From: an uncultured Trueperaceae bacterium
GTDB taxonomy: Bacteria > Deinococcota > Deinococci > Deinococcales > Trueperaceae
Length of the DNA stretch: 64,000 nt
Assembly (NCBI GenBank): GCA_963799485.1
Contig: CAWCXJ010000006.1
Location: 128,001-192,000, forward strand
Direction: 5' to 3'
This document shows positions 1 through 9,936 of this stretch, one piece after another. The translations under genes and the position numbers were made by a program. Below the pieces are notes generated by a model that worked only from the letters and a program-made list of their open reading frames with translations, was not told the DNA's origin and made no database searches. Each line of letters begins with the position of its first letter. Positions within the stretch are counted from its first letter, which is position 1.

Positions 1-1
1 C

Positions 2-790
2 TTGCAGATTGCCGGGGCCGACGTTCCGGTCTACGCCGGAGCTGCACGCCCGCTCGTTGCCGAAGCGCAGCACGCGCCCGACATTCACGGCGAATCGGGT
101 CTTGGCGGCCCGGTGTTACCCAAGCTAAACCGTAAACCGGCAGGTCACGACGCCGTGCGTTTTATCGTCGATACCGTAAGACAAACACCAGACGTGTGGC
201 TCGTCGCGGTCGGGCCGCTGACCAACGTCGCGCTGGCGTTACGAGAAGCCCCGGACATCGCCCTCAAACTTGCAGGAATTTCAATTATGGGCGGCAGCAC
301 CGGCCCCGGCAACCGCACCCCGACCGCCGAGTTCAATATCTGGGCCGACCCCGAAGCGGCGCAAGTCGTCTTCGGCAGCGGCGTCCCGCTCGTCATGTGC
401 GGCCTCAACGTCACGCATCAATTCATGATTTTAGAGGCCGACGTCGCCCGGATTCGGGCGCTGAATAATCCTGCCGCGTCGTTTGCCGCCGAGCTGTTGG
501 GCTTTTACGGTCAAGCCTACGCCGACGCCTTTTTCGGTCGCGCCGAAGGGCCGCTGCACGACCCCTGCGCCGTGTTAGCGCTGACACATCCGGAGTTGTT
601 TAGGCTCGAGCCCCGTCACGTCACCGTCGAACTACGCGGCGAGCATACGCGCGGGATGACGGTCGTAGACGAACGCGGTAACCGGGCAAGGGACGCCGCC
701 CCGCCGAATGTTCAGGTCGCCTACACCCTTGACCGGGACGCGGCGTTAGAGATGCTTGTCCAAACCCTCGAGCTATACGCCTCAGTCTAA
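2..790 (+). CDS. Nucleoside hydrolase (IU-NH family), 5'-truncated by window edge
   Basis: Motifs HGESGLG, GPLTNVA, AEFNIWADPEAA, LHDP. Confidence 0.92.
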   Translation: MQIAGADVPVYAGAARPLVAEAQHAPDIHGESGLGGPVLPKLNRKPAGHDAVRFIVDTVRQTPDVWLVAVGPLTNVALALREAPDIALKLAGISIMGGSTGPGNRTPTAEFNIWADPEAAQVVFGSGVPLVMCGLNVTHQFMILEADVARIRALNNPAASFAAELLGFYGQAYADAFFGRAEGPLHDPCAVLALTHPELFRLEPRHVTVELRGEHTRGMTVVDERGNRARDAAPPNVQVAYTLDRDAALEMLVQTLELYASV

Positions 791-810
791 AAAGGTAGAC
801 TAAAAGCCTC

Positions 811-1491
811 GTGATTGAGTTTCGCCACGTTACCAAAACCTATCCGCGCACCCACACCCACGCGCTTAAAAACGTCGACTTCAGCATTCAAAAAGGCGAG
901 TTTTTGTATATCATCGGGCATTCCGGGGCCGGAAAATCGACGCTTTTGTCGCTTATCTTGCGCCGCATCACCCCCAGCGAAGGCAGCGTATACATTTTGG
1001 GTCAGGATTTGGCCCGGTTGCGCGAGCGCAGACTGCCACTCTTGCGCCGCCGCATCGGGATGGTGTTTCAAAATCACCGTTTGCTGCCCAACATGAGCGC
1101 GTCGGAAAACCTCGTCTTTGCGCTCCGGGCCACCGGCGAGAAGGGAAACCTCGAGCACCGCGCCCTCGTTGCCCTGCGTCAGGTCGCCCTGGCCCACAAA
1201 CGCAAAGCCTATCCGGTCGAGCTTTCTTTAGGTGAGCAGCAGCGCGTGGCGATTGCCCGCGCGATGGTCACGAACCCGCCGCTGCTCTTATGCGACGAAC
1301 CGACCGGCAACCTCGACCCGGACACCGCGCAAGAGATTTTAGAACTTTTGAACGACATCAATATCAAGGGGACGACGGTTGTCGTAGCGACGCACGCCAA
1401 GGAACTCGTCGACCGCTTGCGGCTCCGGACGATTGTGCTGCGCGGCGGACAGGTGGTGCGCGATGACGAAGCCGGGGGTTATTCGCTCTAG
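811..1491 (+). CDS. ftsE: Cell division ATP-binding protein FtsE
   Basis: 226 aa ABC ATPase: [37 protein letters not shown]. Confidence 0.85.
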   Translation: MIEFRHVTKTYPRTHTHALKNVDFSIQKGEFLYIIGHSGAGKSTLLSLILRRITPSEGSVYILGQDLARLRERRLPLLRRRIGMVFQNHRLLPNMSASENLVFALRATGEKGNLEHRALVALRQVALAHKRKAYPVELSLGEQQRVAIARAMVTNPPLLLCDEPTGNLDPDTAQEILELLNDINIKGTTVVVATHAKELVDRLRLRTIVLRGGQVVRDDEAGGYSL

Positions 1492-1496
1492 CAACT

Positions 1497-1647
1497 ATGC
1501 GTGACGCGGAGCTAAACCGGCGGCAAGAGCTGAGCCGCAAGGTAGCCGACGCCCTCGAGCCCGGTGTTTAGCAATTTTGGTTCATCAGCTGCCGGATAGC
1601 TGGGCGCAGCTTTCGACATCGACTTTGCCGTATTTACGCAGGCGTAG
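1497..1647 (+). pseudogene. Degraded minimal nucleotidyltransferase (MNT-like) remnant
   Basis: ATG 1497 MRDAELNRRQELSRKVADALEPGV*, then shifted frame from 1576 FGSSAAG*LGAAFDIDFAVF, resembling the FGS..G.....DID.. NTase motif. Confidence 0.45.
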
Positions 1648-1882
1648 AAGGCTTGCCCGGGCATTTGCGACCAGCCTCGAGCCCAACCGCGTCTGTCAAG
1701 CTCAGCTCGTTGTGTGTGCTTAACGCGGCGTCTAACACTGTGCCCAATACTGTGCCTAACGTGTGCGTTATGGTCAAAGATTCTACACCATTTCTTAATC
1801 CATCACAGTTAAACTCATAAAGGACGTTATACTATCTTAAAATACCGGATATATCCTAGCTACGTCTCTGGGGGGACGACCT

Positions 1883-2365
1883 ATGACCATGCCTACGTCT
1901 TCTACACCTAACTTGCACACCCGGCCTGCTACAGTGGTCGATGCCGGACACGTCTTCAACCTCTACTGCGGGGCACCCCGCTACTTTGAGTTTTTATCTG
2001 TCCCGCTGCCAACCCTGCCTGAAGTCGCGCGCGAGCTAGAAGCCGCCGCCCAAGACCCCAAGCGCTACGTCGAACTGCTCCTCGAGGACGGTCACATGGT
2101 GGGGTATCTCGACTACAAGCTCGATTACCCGGAACCCGGCGACGCGACCGTAAACCTGCTGCTCATCCCCGAAGCGCTGCAAAGCCGTGGTTACGGGCGG
2201 CGTTCGATAGTGCTTTTAGAGGCGGGGTTGCAAGGCCGGGCCAAACGCATTCTGGCAAGTATTTACGGCAGCAACCTGCGCGCCAAACGTTTCTGGCGTT
2301 CGCTCGGCTACCGCTTTGCTATCGACGCGCGACCGATTTTGGAGTGGTACGCGAAGGAGCTGTAA
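1883..2365 (+). CDS. GNAT family N-acetyltransferase
   Basis: QSRGYGR acetyl-CoA motif; N..AKRFWRSLGY. Confidence 0.85.
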   Translation: MTMPTSSTPNLHTRPATVVDAGHVFNLYCGAPRYFEFLSVPLPTLPEVARELEAAAQDPKRYVELLLEDGHMVGYLDYKLDYPEPGDATVNLLLIPEALQSRGYGRRSIVLLEAGLQGRAKRILASIYGSNLRAKRFWRSLGYRFAIDARPILEWYAKEL

Positions 2366-2490
2366 AGCAGCGAGTAAAAAATAACGAGTAACGAGGAGCG
2401 CGCTTTTTCACTGCTCGGTACTCATTGCTGCTTCACTTGCAGCAAGAACGCCTACTGTGGTCTACTGACTTTTACCCACGCCCCGCCGTG

Positions 2491-2612
2491 GAACTATCAA
2501 GAGCAGCCGAGGGACCTGGCCCCGAGACGTTGCAGCAACCAGCCTTCATCTAGGCGGGTGCTCCCTCCAGCCGAGGTCGGCTTACGATGACGCGCCCCGG
2601 AGAGATAGAGGC
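2491..2612 (+). promoter_or_regulatory. SAM-I (S-box) riboswitch
   Basis: CTATCAAGAG...GAGGGACCTGGCCC...GCAACC...GGTGC...AGATAG; P1 CTATC(2494-98)/GATAG(2604-08); upstream of met genes. Confidence 0.93.
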
Positions 2613-2641
2613 GCAACCGCCTCACTGAAATGGAGGCGACG

Positions 2642-2713
2642 GTGCAGAACCCAAAACGCCCAAATAAAAAACGCCCAAGTGCAAAACGCCCAAATTCAGG
2701 ACGAACGCCCTAG
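2642..2713 (+). CDS. Candidate leader peptide (uORF) MQNPKRPNKKRPSAKRPNSGRTP
   Basis: GGAGG 2632-36, GTG 2642, in-frame 15-nt repeat x3, TAG 2711-13. Confidence 0.35.
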   Translation: MQNPKRPNKKRPSAKRPNSGRTP

Positions 2714-2829
2714 CGCAAGCGGGCTAGGGCCGGGTCGTCGATTTTTCTCAGCCCGGTGGCGACTGCTCGAGGCTTTACATTGGCCTAACCGGATTCACCG
2801 TAAAGATTTCACGAAAGGAGCACAGCACC

Positions 2830-4164
2830 GTGCCCAAACTCCCTGTAGAGACGCCCGCGCCGACTACGGAAGAACCGCAGACGCCCGACACGTCTCGCCA
2901 ACCCCTCGCCTTCGATACCTTGAGCGTTCATGCCGGACAAACGCCCGACCCGCTAACGGGCTCGCGCGCCGTACCCATCTATGCGACCGCTTCGTTTACC
3001 TTTGAGAGCGCCGAGCACGCCGCCAACCTCTTTGCCGGTGAAGCGCCCGGCAATCAGTACGGTCGGATGCACAACCCGACGGTCGATGTATTTGTTGCGC
3101 GGTTGGTGGCGCTCGAGGCCGGGGTTGCCGGGTTGGGCCTCGCTTCGGGGCAAGCAGCGACGACCGCGACGCTCTTGGCGCTGGCGCGTCCGGGGGCACA
3201 CCTGGTGGTCTCGAGCGAGTGCTTCGGCGGGACGTTCAGCGTGCTGCGGAAGGTACTCGAGCCGTGGGGCTGCGAGGTTTCCACCGTTTCGCCAAACCCG
3301 GACGCCATTCAAGCGGCGATTCGTGACGAAACAGTGGGTGTTTGGGCCGAGACGATTGCCAATCCGAGCTGCAGCGTTCCGGACATTTCTGCGATTGCCG
3401 AGCTGTGCCAAAGTGCCAAAGTGCCGTTTATCGTCGACAACACCTGGGGTTGCGGCGGTTACTTGTGCCGTCCACTGACGCTCGGCGCGGACATCGTGGT
3501 GCATTCGGCGACGAAGTGGATCGGCGGACACGGCACCTTTATCGGCGGCGCGGTGGTCGAGGCGGGACGGTTCGACTGGGCGGCGCAACCGGGGAGGTTT
3601 CCGGCATTCGTCAAACCCGATACGAGAGGCCGCACCTACGTTTCGCGTGCGCCTGAAACGGCTTTTACGCTGCGCGCCTACGATTTGGGACTTTTTACGA
3701 TGGGGATGACGCTTTCGCCTTACGCGGCGTCTTTAGCGCTACAAGGTCTGGAAACGTTGCCTCTGAGAGTACAGCGTTCGTGCGACACCACCGTAAAACT
3801 GGCGCAGTGGCTCGCGCGTCAACCTGAAGTCAAACGGGTACTTTACCCCGGCTTGCCGTCGCACCCGTCATTTGAAACGGCGCAAAAAACGCTTTCACAC
3901 GGTTTCGGCGCGGTGCTTTCGTTTGAGGCGCAGTCAGCCGAACTCGCACAGGGGTTTTTGAACCGCGTGCAGCTCGCTTCGCATCTCGCCAATATCGGCG
4001 ACGCCAAAACGGTCGTCATCAGCCCCTGGACGACGACGCACGCCGGACTGAGCGAGGCCGCTCGCCGGGAAGCCGGGGTGACGCCGGAGCTGGTGCGGGT
4101 CTCGGTGGGCCTCGAGGCTCCCGCTGACCTCGCGGCCGACTTTAGCCAAGCTTTACGGGGTTAG
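2830..4164 (+). CDS. metY: O-acetylhomoserine aminocarboxypropyltransferase/sulfhydrylase
   Basis: YGRMHNPT, DNT, HSATKWIGGHG PLP-lysine, HLANIGDAKT; SD AAAGGAG. Confidence 0.9.
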   Translation: MPKLPVETPAPTTEEPQTPDTSRQPLAFDTLSVHAGQTPDPLTGSRAVPIYATASFTFESAEHAANLFAGEAPGNQYGRMHNPTVDVFVARLVALEAGVAGLGLASGQAATTATLLALARPGAHLVVSSECFGGTFSVLRKVLEPWGCEVSTVSPNPDAIQAAIRDETVGVWAETIANPSCSVPDISAIAELCQSAKVPFIVDNTWGCGGYLCRPLTLGADIVVHSATKWIGGHGTFIGGAVVEAGRFDWAAQPGRFPAFVKPDTRGRTYVSRAPETAFTLRAYDLGLFTMGMTLSPYAASLALQGLETLPLRVQRSCDTTVKLAQWLARQPEVKRVLYPGLPSHPSFETAQKTLSHGFGAVLSFEAQSAELAQGFLNRVQLASHLANIGDAKTVVISPWTTTHAGLSEAARREAGVTPELVRVSVGLEAPADLAADFSQALRG

Positions 4165-4176
4165 TACGGCTTTATT

Positions 4177-5355
4177 GTGACCACGCTTGTACACGAAACC
4201 TGGGGCGACCACGCCGCGCTGCTCGCCCGCTCACAAGACAGTAGCGCAGGCGTCGGCGTCGTCAAACCCCGGACGCTGCGCGTAGCGACGCCGGAAAATC
4301 CGCTGAAGCTCGAGTACGGCGGCACTCTTTCTGAGGTGTGCGTTACTTTTGAGACCTACGGCGAGCTGAACGCTGCCAAAGACAACACGGTTTTGCTCTG
4401 CCACGCGCTGACCGGCTCAGCGCACGCGGCTGGCGTTCAAGGTTCTGCACCGGGCGAAGTTCCGGGGTGGTGGGATCCGCTCATCGGCCCCGGCAAAGCT
4501 ATCGATACGCGCAAGCATTTTGTCGTGTGCCCGAACGTACTGGGCGGTTGTTACGGGACGACCGGCCCGGGCAGCCCGAACCCCGAAACGGGCGAGCCTT
4601 ACCGGTTGCATTTTCCGCGCTACACGGTGCGCGATATGGTGGCGGTGCAAGCGCGACTTTTAGATGTTCTTGGGATTGACTCGGTGCGGGCGGTAATCGG
4701 CGGCAGTATGGGCGGGATGCAGGCGCTCGAGTGGGCCGCCTTATACCCTGAACGAGTTCGGAGCTTGGTCAGTATCGCTGTCGGCGCACGGCATTCGGCG
4801 TGGGCGATTGGCCTAAACGAGGTGGCGCGGCGCGCAATTACCAGCGACCCGGTTTGGAATGGGGGAGACTACGCGCCTGGTGCGCAACCAGAGACGGGGC
4901 TCGGTTTAGCTCGAGCGGTGGCGATGCTCTCATACCGTTCGGTCGATTCTTTGGAGGCCAAGTTCGGGCGTGAGCGCGTTTCAGCCTCTCGTGACTTGCT
5001 CGCGCATTCGTTTGAAATCGAGTCGTATCTGGCCTATCAGGGCGTTAAACTCGTGAAACGCTTCGACGCCAACACCTACCTTTACCTGACCAAGGCGATG
5101 GACGACTTTGATTTGTCCGAAGGGCGGGGCCGACTTAAAAACGTCCTCAAAAAGATGACGATGCCGTCCTTGATTATGGGGATTACCAGCGACGTGCTCT
5201 ATCCGGAACCCGAACAGTTGGCGCTCGTCGAAGGTCTGCCAAATGCTGAATACGCCCGCATCAGTTCACCGCACGGTCACGACGCGTTTTTAATCGAGTT
5301 TCCGCAACTAGCGGCGCGGCTGAGGCGGTTTTTGGGGGGGCCAGGGTCAGCTTAA
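4177..5355 (+). CDS. metX: Homoserine O-acetyltransferase
   Basis: CHALTG, GWWDPLIGPG, GGSMGG nucleophile, HGHDAFL. Confidence 0.95.
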   Translation: MTTLVHETWGDHAALLARSQDSSAGVGVVKPRTLRVATPENPLKLEYGGTLSEVCVTFETYGELNAAKDNTVLLCHALTGSAHAAGVQGSAPGEVPGWWDPLIGPGKAIDTRKHFVVCPNVLGGCYGTTGPGSPNPETGEPYRLHFPRYTVRDMVAVQARLLDVLGIDSVRAVIGGSMGGMQALEWAALYPERVRSLVSIAVGARHSAWAIGLNEVARRAITSDPVWNGGDYAPGAQPETGLGLARAVAMLSYRSVDSLEAKFGRERVSASRDLLAHSFEIESYLAYQGVKLVKRFDANTYLYLTKAMDDFDLSEGRGRLKNVLKKMTMPSLIMGITSDVLYPEPEQLALVEGLPNAEYARISSPHGHDAFLIEFPQLAARLRRFLGGPGSA

Positions 5356-5970
5356 AGTAATACCTGCTTCTGCGACTTGACCCGTTTTGCGTCCTGAAAC
5401 GCCCTGTGTTGCTTTGTGACTTCATAAAGGACGTGCTCGTTGAGGTGCCTAAGTTGAGGCTTTCGACAATGCCGTACATCGGGCCGTACATCGGGATACT
5501 GACGCACAGTTCGCTTTGTCCGACCGCAAAACCGCTGACGCCGGACACTTCATTGCCGAACCACACCGCCAGCTTTTTGTACCTGGTAAAATCCCCCGTC
5601 GTAAGCGAAACATAATGCTTGCCTTTGACGTGCGGAGACGTGACCACGGACTTAAACCCGTTTTCCTGGAGGTGACTTGCACAAGTTTCCGAGTTTTCAA
5701 AGCGTTTTACAAAGCTCCATTTAACCGCGGACGCAGATTTTTTAAGAGTGTTTTGTTCTCCCGCATGTCGTGCCAGTCTTCAGGTAGTTTTCCCAACCTG
5801 TCTACAACGTAGACCTTTTCTGCACCGAGGGCGTTGACGTTTCTGATAACAGTGCCGATATCTTTCCGGTCGTGAGGGTTCTCGAGCACCACAATCAGGT
5901 TTTTACACGTAAAATCCTTGATTTCGTCGGCCCTAAGTCTCAGGGTGGTTTTGCCCGTCTTTGCGTCCAT
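5352..5970 (-). pseudogene. TrmH/SpoU family RNA methyltransferase, frameshifted twice
   Basis: VVLENP..IGTVIRN, then shift at T6 (5738-43) to SASAVKW...FGNE...IPMYG...ESLNL; second shift near 5433 to VLYEVTKQ...*; 12-nt duplication gives PMYGPMYG. Confidence 0.85.
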
Positions 5971-5975
5971 TTGAC

Positions 5976-6560
5976 TTATTTCTGCCGTAAAGGTTTAGCT
6001 AAAGCTGTACTCATTAGGGCGGGACCGTCTACGTTTGACTGAACCGTTTGTTTCAGTGCGCGCTTGCGCTCGATAGTCTCGCGCAAGTAGCCGACTTGAA
6101 TCCCTAAAAACGTAATCCGTCCGATGTTGTCGATGGTTTTGCCGCCGGGTTTTAGCGTCAGGGTTTGGTGCATGGTGAGGCCGCCCGGCAGCGCATATAT
6201 AAGACGAAACTGCGGGCCTACGGTACGCCCTTTTACGGAACCTTCGGCGTCGCTCAGCGTACCCGCATAGTTTCCCGGTGAGACCTCCCGTAAAAGCCAG
6301 TGCCTAGTCTGAGGCGGTTTTCCGGCGAACGTTACGGTCTGCTCGAGGCGAAAACTGCCGTCGGCCTGGGCAAAGCCGCGACTTTCAACGTGAAAGGGTT
6401 GCGGTTTCTGAAAGATTACGCTGAGCATGCCGTCACCGTGGCTACGGCCCGCAAATACCTGAACGGGATCGAACGTAAGCCGCGCGGCGGCAGGCGTAGC
6501 GGTTGGGGCGCACGCGCCGAGACCCAAAACGAGTAGTCCAAGCGCCGTAAACACCAACAT
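5976..6560 (-). CDS. DUF3833-like lipoprotein
   Basis: ATG 6560 with lipobox LGAC; FDP..FAGRSHG.G and Y.GTLSDA.G.V.G typical of DUF3833. Confidence 0.65.
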   Translation of the reverse strand: MLVFTALGLLVLGLGACAPTATPAAARLTFDPVQVFAGRSHGDGMLSVIFQKPQPFHVESRGFAQADGSFRLEQTVTFAGKPPQTRHWLLREVSPGNYAGTLSDAEGSVKGRTVGPQFRLIYALPGGLTMHQTLTLKPGGKTIDNIGRITFLGIQVGYLRETIERKRALKQTVQSNVDGPALMSTALAKPLRQK

Positions 6561-6636
6561 TTTGTCCTGCGCACTTTGGACCAACCGCCGAACGCCAAAG
6601 GCAGCAGCTTGTAGCAAGTCGGCATACACACTCACA

Positions 6637-8019
6637 TCAGACCGTTTTCGGTTCAAATTCACTCCCCGCCGCATACGCCTGCATCGGCACCTCGTCCGCT
6701 TTCCACGCCGCTAAAATCGGGGTCATGATGCGCCACGCTTCTTCGGCTTCGTCGGCGCGAATCGACAAGGTGTTATCGCCCTCCAGAATGTCCAGGAGCA
6801 AGCGGGCATACGCGCCCATCTCTTGCGGGGCCAGCTTCAGGTCGAGTTCGGCAGGTTCCAGGTGAAACGGGTCGCCCGCGCCGTTTAGGTTGAGGTCCAA
6901 ACTCAGCTCGTCGGGCCGAAAATGGACGCGCAGAACGTTGGGCCGGGGGTGCGAGTCGTGCCACAAGGTCAGCGCGGGTACCTTGCGGAAGGTGATCGCG
7001 GCCTCCTGACAGGTATCGCCGAGCGCTTTGCCCGAACGCAGCACAAAGGGTACGCTGCCCCAGCGCCAGGTATCGACGTAAAGCGTAATCTGCGCGAACG
7101 TCTCGGTGTTGCGTTCCGGTTTGACGCCCACTTCATCGATGTATGAAGGTACTTTACGGTCGCCGATGGTTCCAGCGGTGTAACGCGCCCGGACAGTCTG
7201 TTTTTTTACGTCGTTGGGTGAGAGGTCGCGGACGTTGCGCAAGACCTCGACCTTTTTGTCGCGCAAATCGCGGGCGCTGAGCGAGGCGGGCGGCTCCAAG
7301 GCAATCATGCACAGGATTTGCAACAGGTGGTTTTGCAGCATGTCGCGGAGCGCCCCGGCGCGGTCGTAGTAGCTCGCGCGGCCCTCGAGCGTCAGGGTCT
7401 CGTCCCAGATAATATCGACACGTTCGATGTGTTCACCCGTCCAGAGCGGTTCGAACAGCCGGTTGGCGAAGCGCAACCCCAATACGTTTTGCACGGTTTG
7501 TTTGCCTAAAAAGTGGTCGATTCTAAACACACAGTCCTCGGTGTAGGTTTCGCTTAAGAGGGCGTTGAGCCGTTTTGTGCCCTCGAGGTCGGTGCCGTGC
7601 GGCTTTTCGATGACGATGCGGCTGTCTTGCCCGACTCCGGCCTCGGCGATAGCTTTTACGGCAGGCTCAAAGATCGGTGCGGGCAGCGCCAGATACACCA
7701 CCAGCGGCCCCGCTTCGGGTTTGAGCGCCGTTTTAAGCGCCTCGGCGTCGGTTACGTCGGCCTGAACGTAGCTAAGCGTTTCGACCAGCTTATTCCGCAC
7801 CGCTTCAGGAATGGGGGCGGCAAATTCAGCGAGTGCGTCTTTGATGTGCTTGCGAAAGCTTTGGGTGGTGAGGGGCTCGAGCCCCACGCCCAAAACCGTA
7901 AACCCTTCCGGCAAACGACCGTCTTGCAGCAGGTTGGCGAGCGCGGGCAAGAGGAGTCTCGAGGTCAGGTCGCCCGCCGCGCCCAGAATGGCAAACTTGT
8001 CAAGCATCGGCCCGCTCAC
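6637..8019 (-). CDS. zwf: Glucose-6-phosphate 1-dehydrogenase
   Basis: GAAGDL, IEKP.G, RIDHFLGK, RDMLQNHLLQ; start may be ATG 8007. Confidence 0.95.
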   Translation of the reverse strand: MSGPMLDKFAILGAAGDLTSRLLLPALANLLQDGRLPEGFTVLGVGLEPLTTQSFRKHIKDALAEFAAPIPEAVRNKLVETLSYVQADVTDAEALKTALKPEAGPLVVYLALPAPIFEPAVKAIAEAGVGQDSRIVIEKPHGTDLEGTKRLNALLSETYTEDCVFRIDHFLGKQTVQNVLGLRFANRLFEPLWTGEHIERVDIIWDETLTLEGRASYYDRAGALRDMLQNHLLQILCMIALEPPASLSARDLRDKKVEVLRNVRDLSPNDVKKQTVRARYTAGTIGDRKVPSYIDEVGVKPERNTETFAQITLYVDTWRWGSVPFVLRSGKALGDTCQEAAITFRKVPALTLWHDSHPRPNVLRVHFRPDELSLDLNLNGAGDPFHLEPAELDLKLAPQEMGAYARLLLDILEGDNTLSIRADEAEEAWRIMTPILAAWKADEVPMQAYAAGSEFEPKTV

Positions 8020-9919
8020 TATATTCTCTTTTCCTCTTGACCAGATTCGTCGCGCTCGTAATGATGCCGATATGCGAAAACGCTTGCGGGAAATTGCCTA
8101 AAAACCGCCCGGTTTCAGGGTCGATCTCTTCAGACAAAAGTCCGAGATGGTTGACCCGGTTGCAAAGCGAGTCAAATAGCGCTTCAGCTTCTTCAAAACG
8201 TCCCTGTTCGGTCAGATTGTCGACGAGCCAGAACGACGGCAAGATAAACGCACCCTCGTCACCGTTAAGACCGTCCGGTGATTCGGCGGGCAGATAGCGG
8301 TATAAAAGCCCGTCACCGTGGGCACCTTTTGCGCCTAGATGCTTGGCGACGGCTTCGGTCGTCGCTTTCATCTTCGGATGGTTCGCGTCTATGACGCGGC
8401 GCAAGGGGAGCGCCAGCAAACTCGCGTCGATGCCCCCGCCCGGGCCGATATGTTCGGTGAGCGAGTTTCGCTCTTCGTCCCAAGCCTCATCTAAAATGGT
8501 CTGCCGAATCTTTGCGGCGTCGGCGCGCCAACCCTCAACGTCGCCGGGGAGGTGGTAGCGTTCGGCGAGTTTCGCCCCCCGGTCGAGCGCCACGTGAGAC
8601 ATCGCCACCGAATAGGTAAACTGCCGCCCTTTTGACCTCACCTCCCAGATGCCCTGGTCGGGCTCGCGCCACGCCACCCGGGCCCGCTCGATAAGTTTAC
8701 GGAGTTCGTCCCACAAGGGCGCGTCGATGGTGCCGCCGCCGAGTGCCCACAAGTAGGCGCAGTCGATAATCTCGCCGTAAACGTCGTGCTGCACCTGCTC
8801 GGCTGCGCCGTTGTACCAGCGTACCGGGCTCGAGTTGCGGTAGCCGCTCAGCTTTAGGTCGAGCTGTTCGGTCGGTGGCAGTTCGCCGTCAACCGTGTAG
8901 AGGATCTTCGGGCCGCCGTGACGCTCCAAATTGTCCAGCACCCAACCTAAAAACGCCCACGCTTCTTCGGTAATCCCGACCTGCCGCAGGGCGTAAACCG
9001 AAAACGCGGCGTCGCGCACCCAGGCGTAGCGGTAGTCCCAGTTGCGTCCGCCGCCGATTTTTTCCGGCAACGACGAAGTGGGCGCGGCGACGATAGCCCC
9101 CGTGCGGTTGTAATCCAAGAGTTGCAGGGTAATCGCTGAACGGCGTACCAGTTCGGCGTGTGGCCCGTCGTAGCTGAAACAAGTCAGCCAGCGCCGCCAC
9201 GAATCGACGGTACTTTTTAAGATTTTGTCCGGATGAATGGGTTGGTGGCGGTGCGGCGGGTGGCCCCAGGTGAGTTGCAGGTACATCTCTTCGCCTTCAG
9301 CGAGGGTGTACGCTGTGCTGAGACCAAAAAAGGGTCTCGAGGCCAGTAAGCTCAAGTCCAACTCGGGCCGCTGCGTAAGCTTGATAAGCAGTCCACCGCT
9401 CCGCCGCTCGGTTTCCGCGCCGCCCCGTGGCGTACAGCTCACCGTAAACGTGACCGTCCCTGAAACCACCTTGATGCAGCGGAGCAGTTCGCTCCGCTCG
9501 ACCGGTGTGCCCTCACTGAGGTCAGCCCCGGCACGGAGCGTGAGCGCGTCGGTGACGCGAATCACGCCACTCTCGCAGCGCATTTCGGTGACCAAAACAC
9601 CGCTGTCCTCGAGGTAGAACTGCCGCGACGCTGCGAGACCCTCCGGCGTTACCGAAAAAGCGCCGCCTTGGTCTTTATCCAGAACGCCGCAAAATACCGG
9701 TGGCGAATCGAAATGCGGGAGGCAGAGCCAGGGAATGCTGCCGTCACGCCCGACGAGGGCCGCCGTCGCCAGGTCGCCGATAAGACCAAAGTCTTCGATG
9801 GGGAGGTAGCCGTCCAGATAGGTCAGTGGGGCAAAAGTACTCACACCTTCATTTATACCTATTTCAGCGCTGACGTATGCACCCTTTTCTACAGTTCTCG
9901 CTGCGGCTAAAGGGGACAA
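8000..9919 (-). CDS. Glycoside hydrolase family 15 (trehalase/glucoamylase-like)
   Basis: AAPTSSLPE..GG.RNWDYRYAWVRD, GIWEVR, LLSEEID, GNFPQAFSH; start uncertain. Confidence 0.92.
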   Translation of the reverse strand: MSPLAAARTVEKGAYVSAEIGINEGVSTFAPLTYLDGYLPIEDFGLIGDLATAALVGRDGSIPWLCLPHFDSPPVFCGVLDKDQGGAFSVTPEGLAASRQFYLEDSGVLVTEMRCESGVIRVTDALTLRAGADLSEGTPVERSELLRCIKVVSGTVTFTVSCTPRGGAETERRSGGLLIKLTQRPELDLSLLASRPFFGLSTAYTLAEGEEMYLQLTWGHPPHRHQPIHPDKILKSTVDSWRRWLTCFSYDGPHAELVRRSAITLQLLDYNRTGAIVAAPTSSLPEKIGGGRNWDYRYAWVRDAAFSVYALRQVGITEEAWAFLGWVLDNLERHGGPKILYTVDGELPPTEQLDLKLSGYRNSSPVRWYNGAAEQVQHDVYGEIIDCAYLWALGGGTIDAPLWDELRKLIERARVAWREPDQGIWEVRSKGRQFTYSVAMSHVALDRGAKLAERYHLPGDVEGWRADAAKIRQTILDEAWDEERNSLTEHIGPGGGIDASLLALPLRRVIDANHPKMKATTEAVAKHLGAKGAHGDGLLYRYLPAESPDGLNGDEGAFILPSFWLVDNLTEQGRFEEAEALFDSLCNRVNHLGLLSEEIDPETGRFLGNFPQAFSHIGIITSATNLVKRKREYSERADA

Positions 9920-9936
9920 GCGGCTCGTCCGGTCGG

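Noticed and set aside
5735..5748. Programmed -1 frameshift in the TrmH gene
   Set aside because: A second frameshift and a duplication downstream indicate decay
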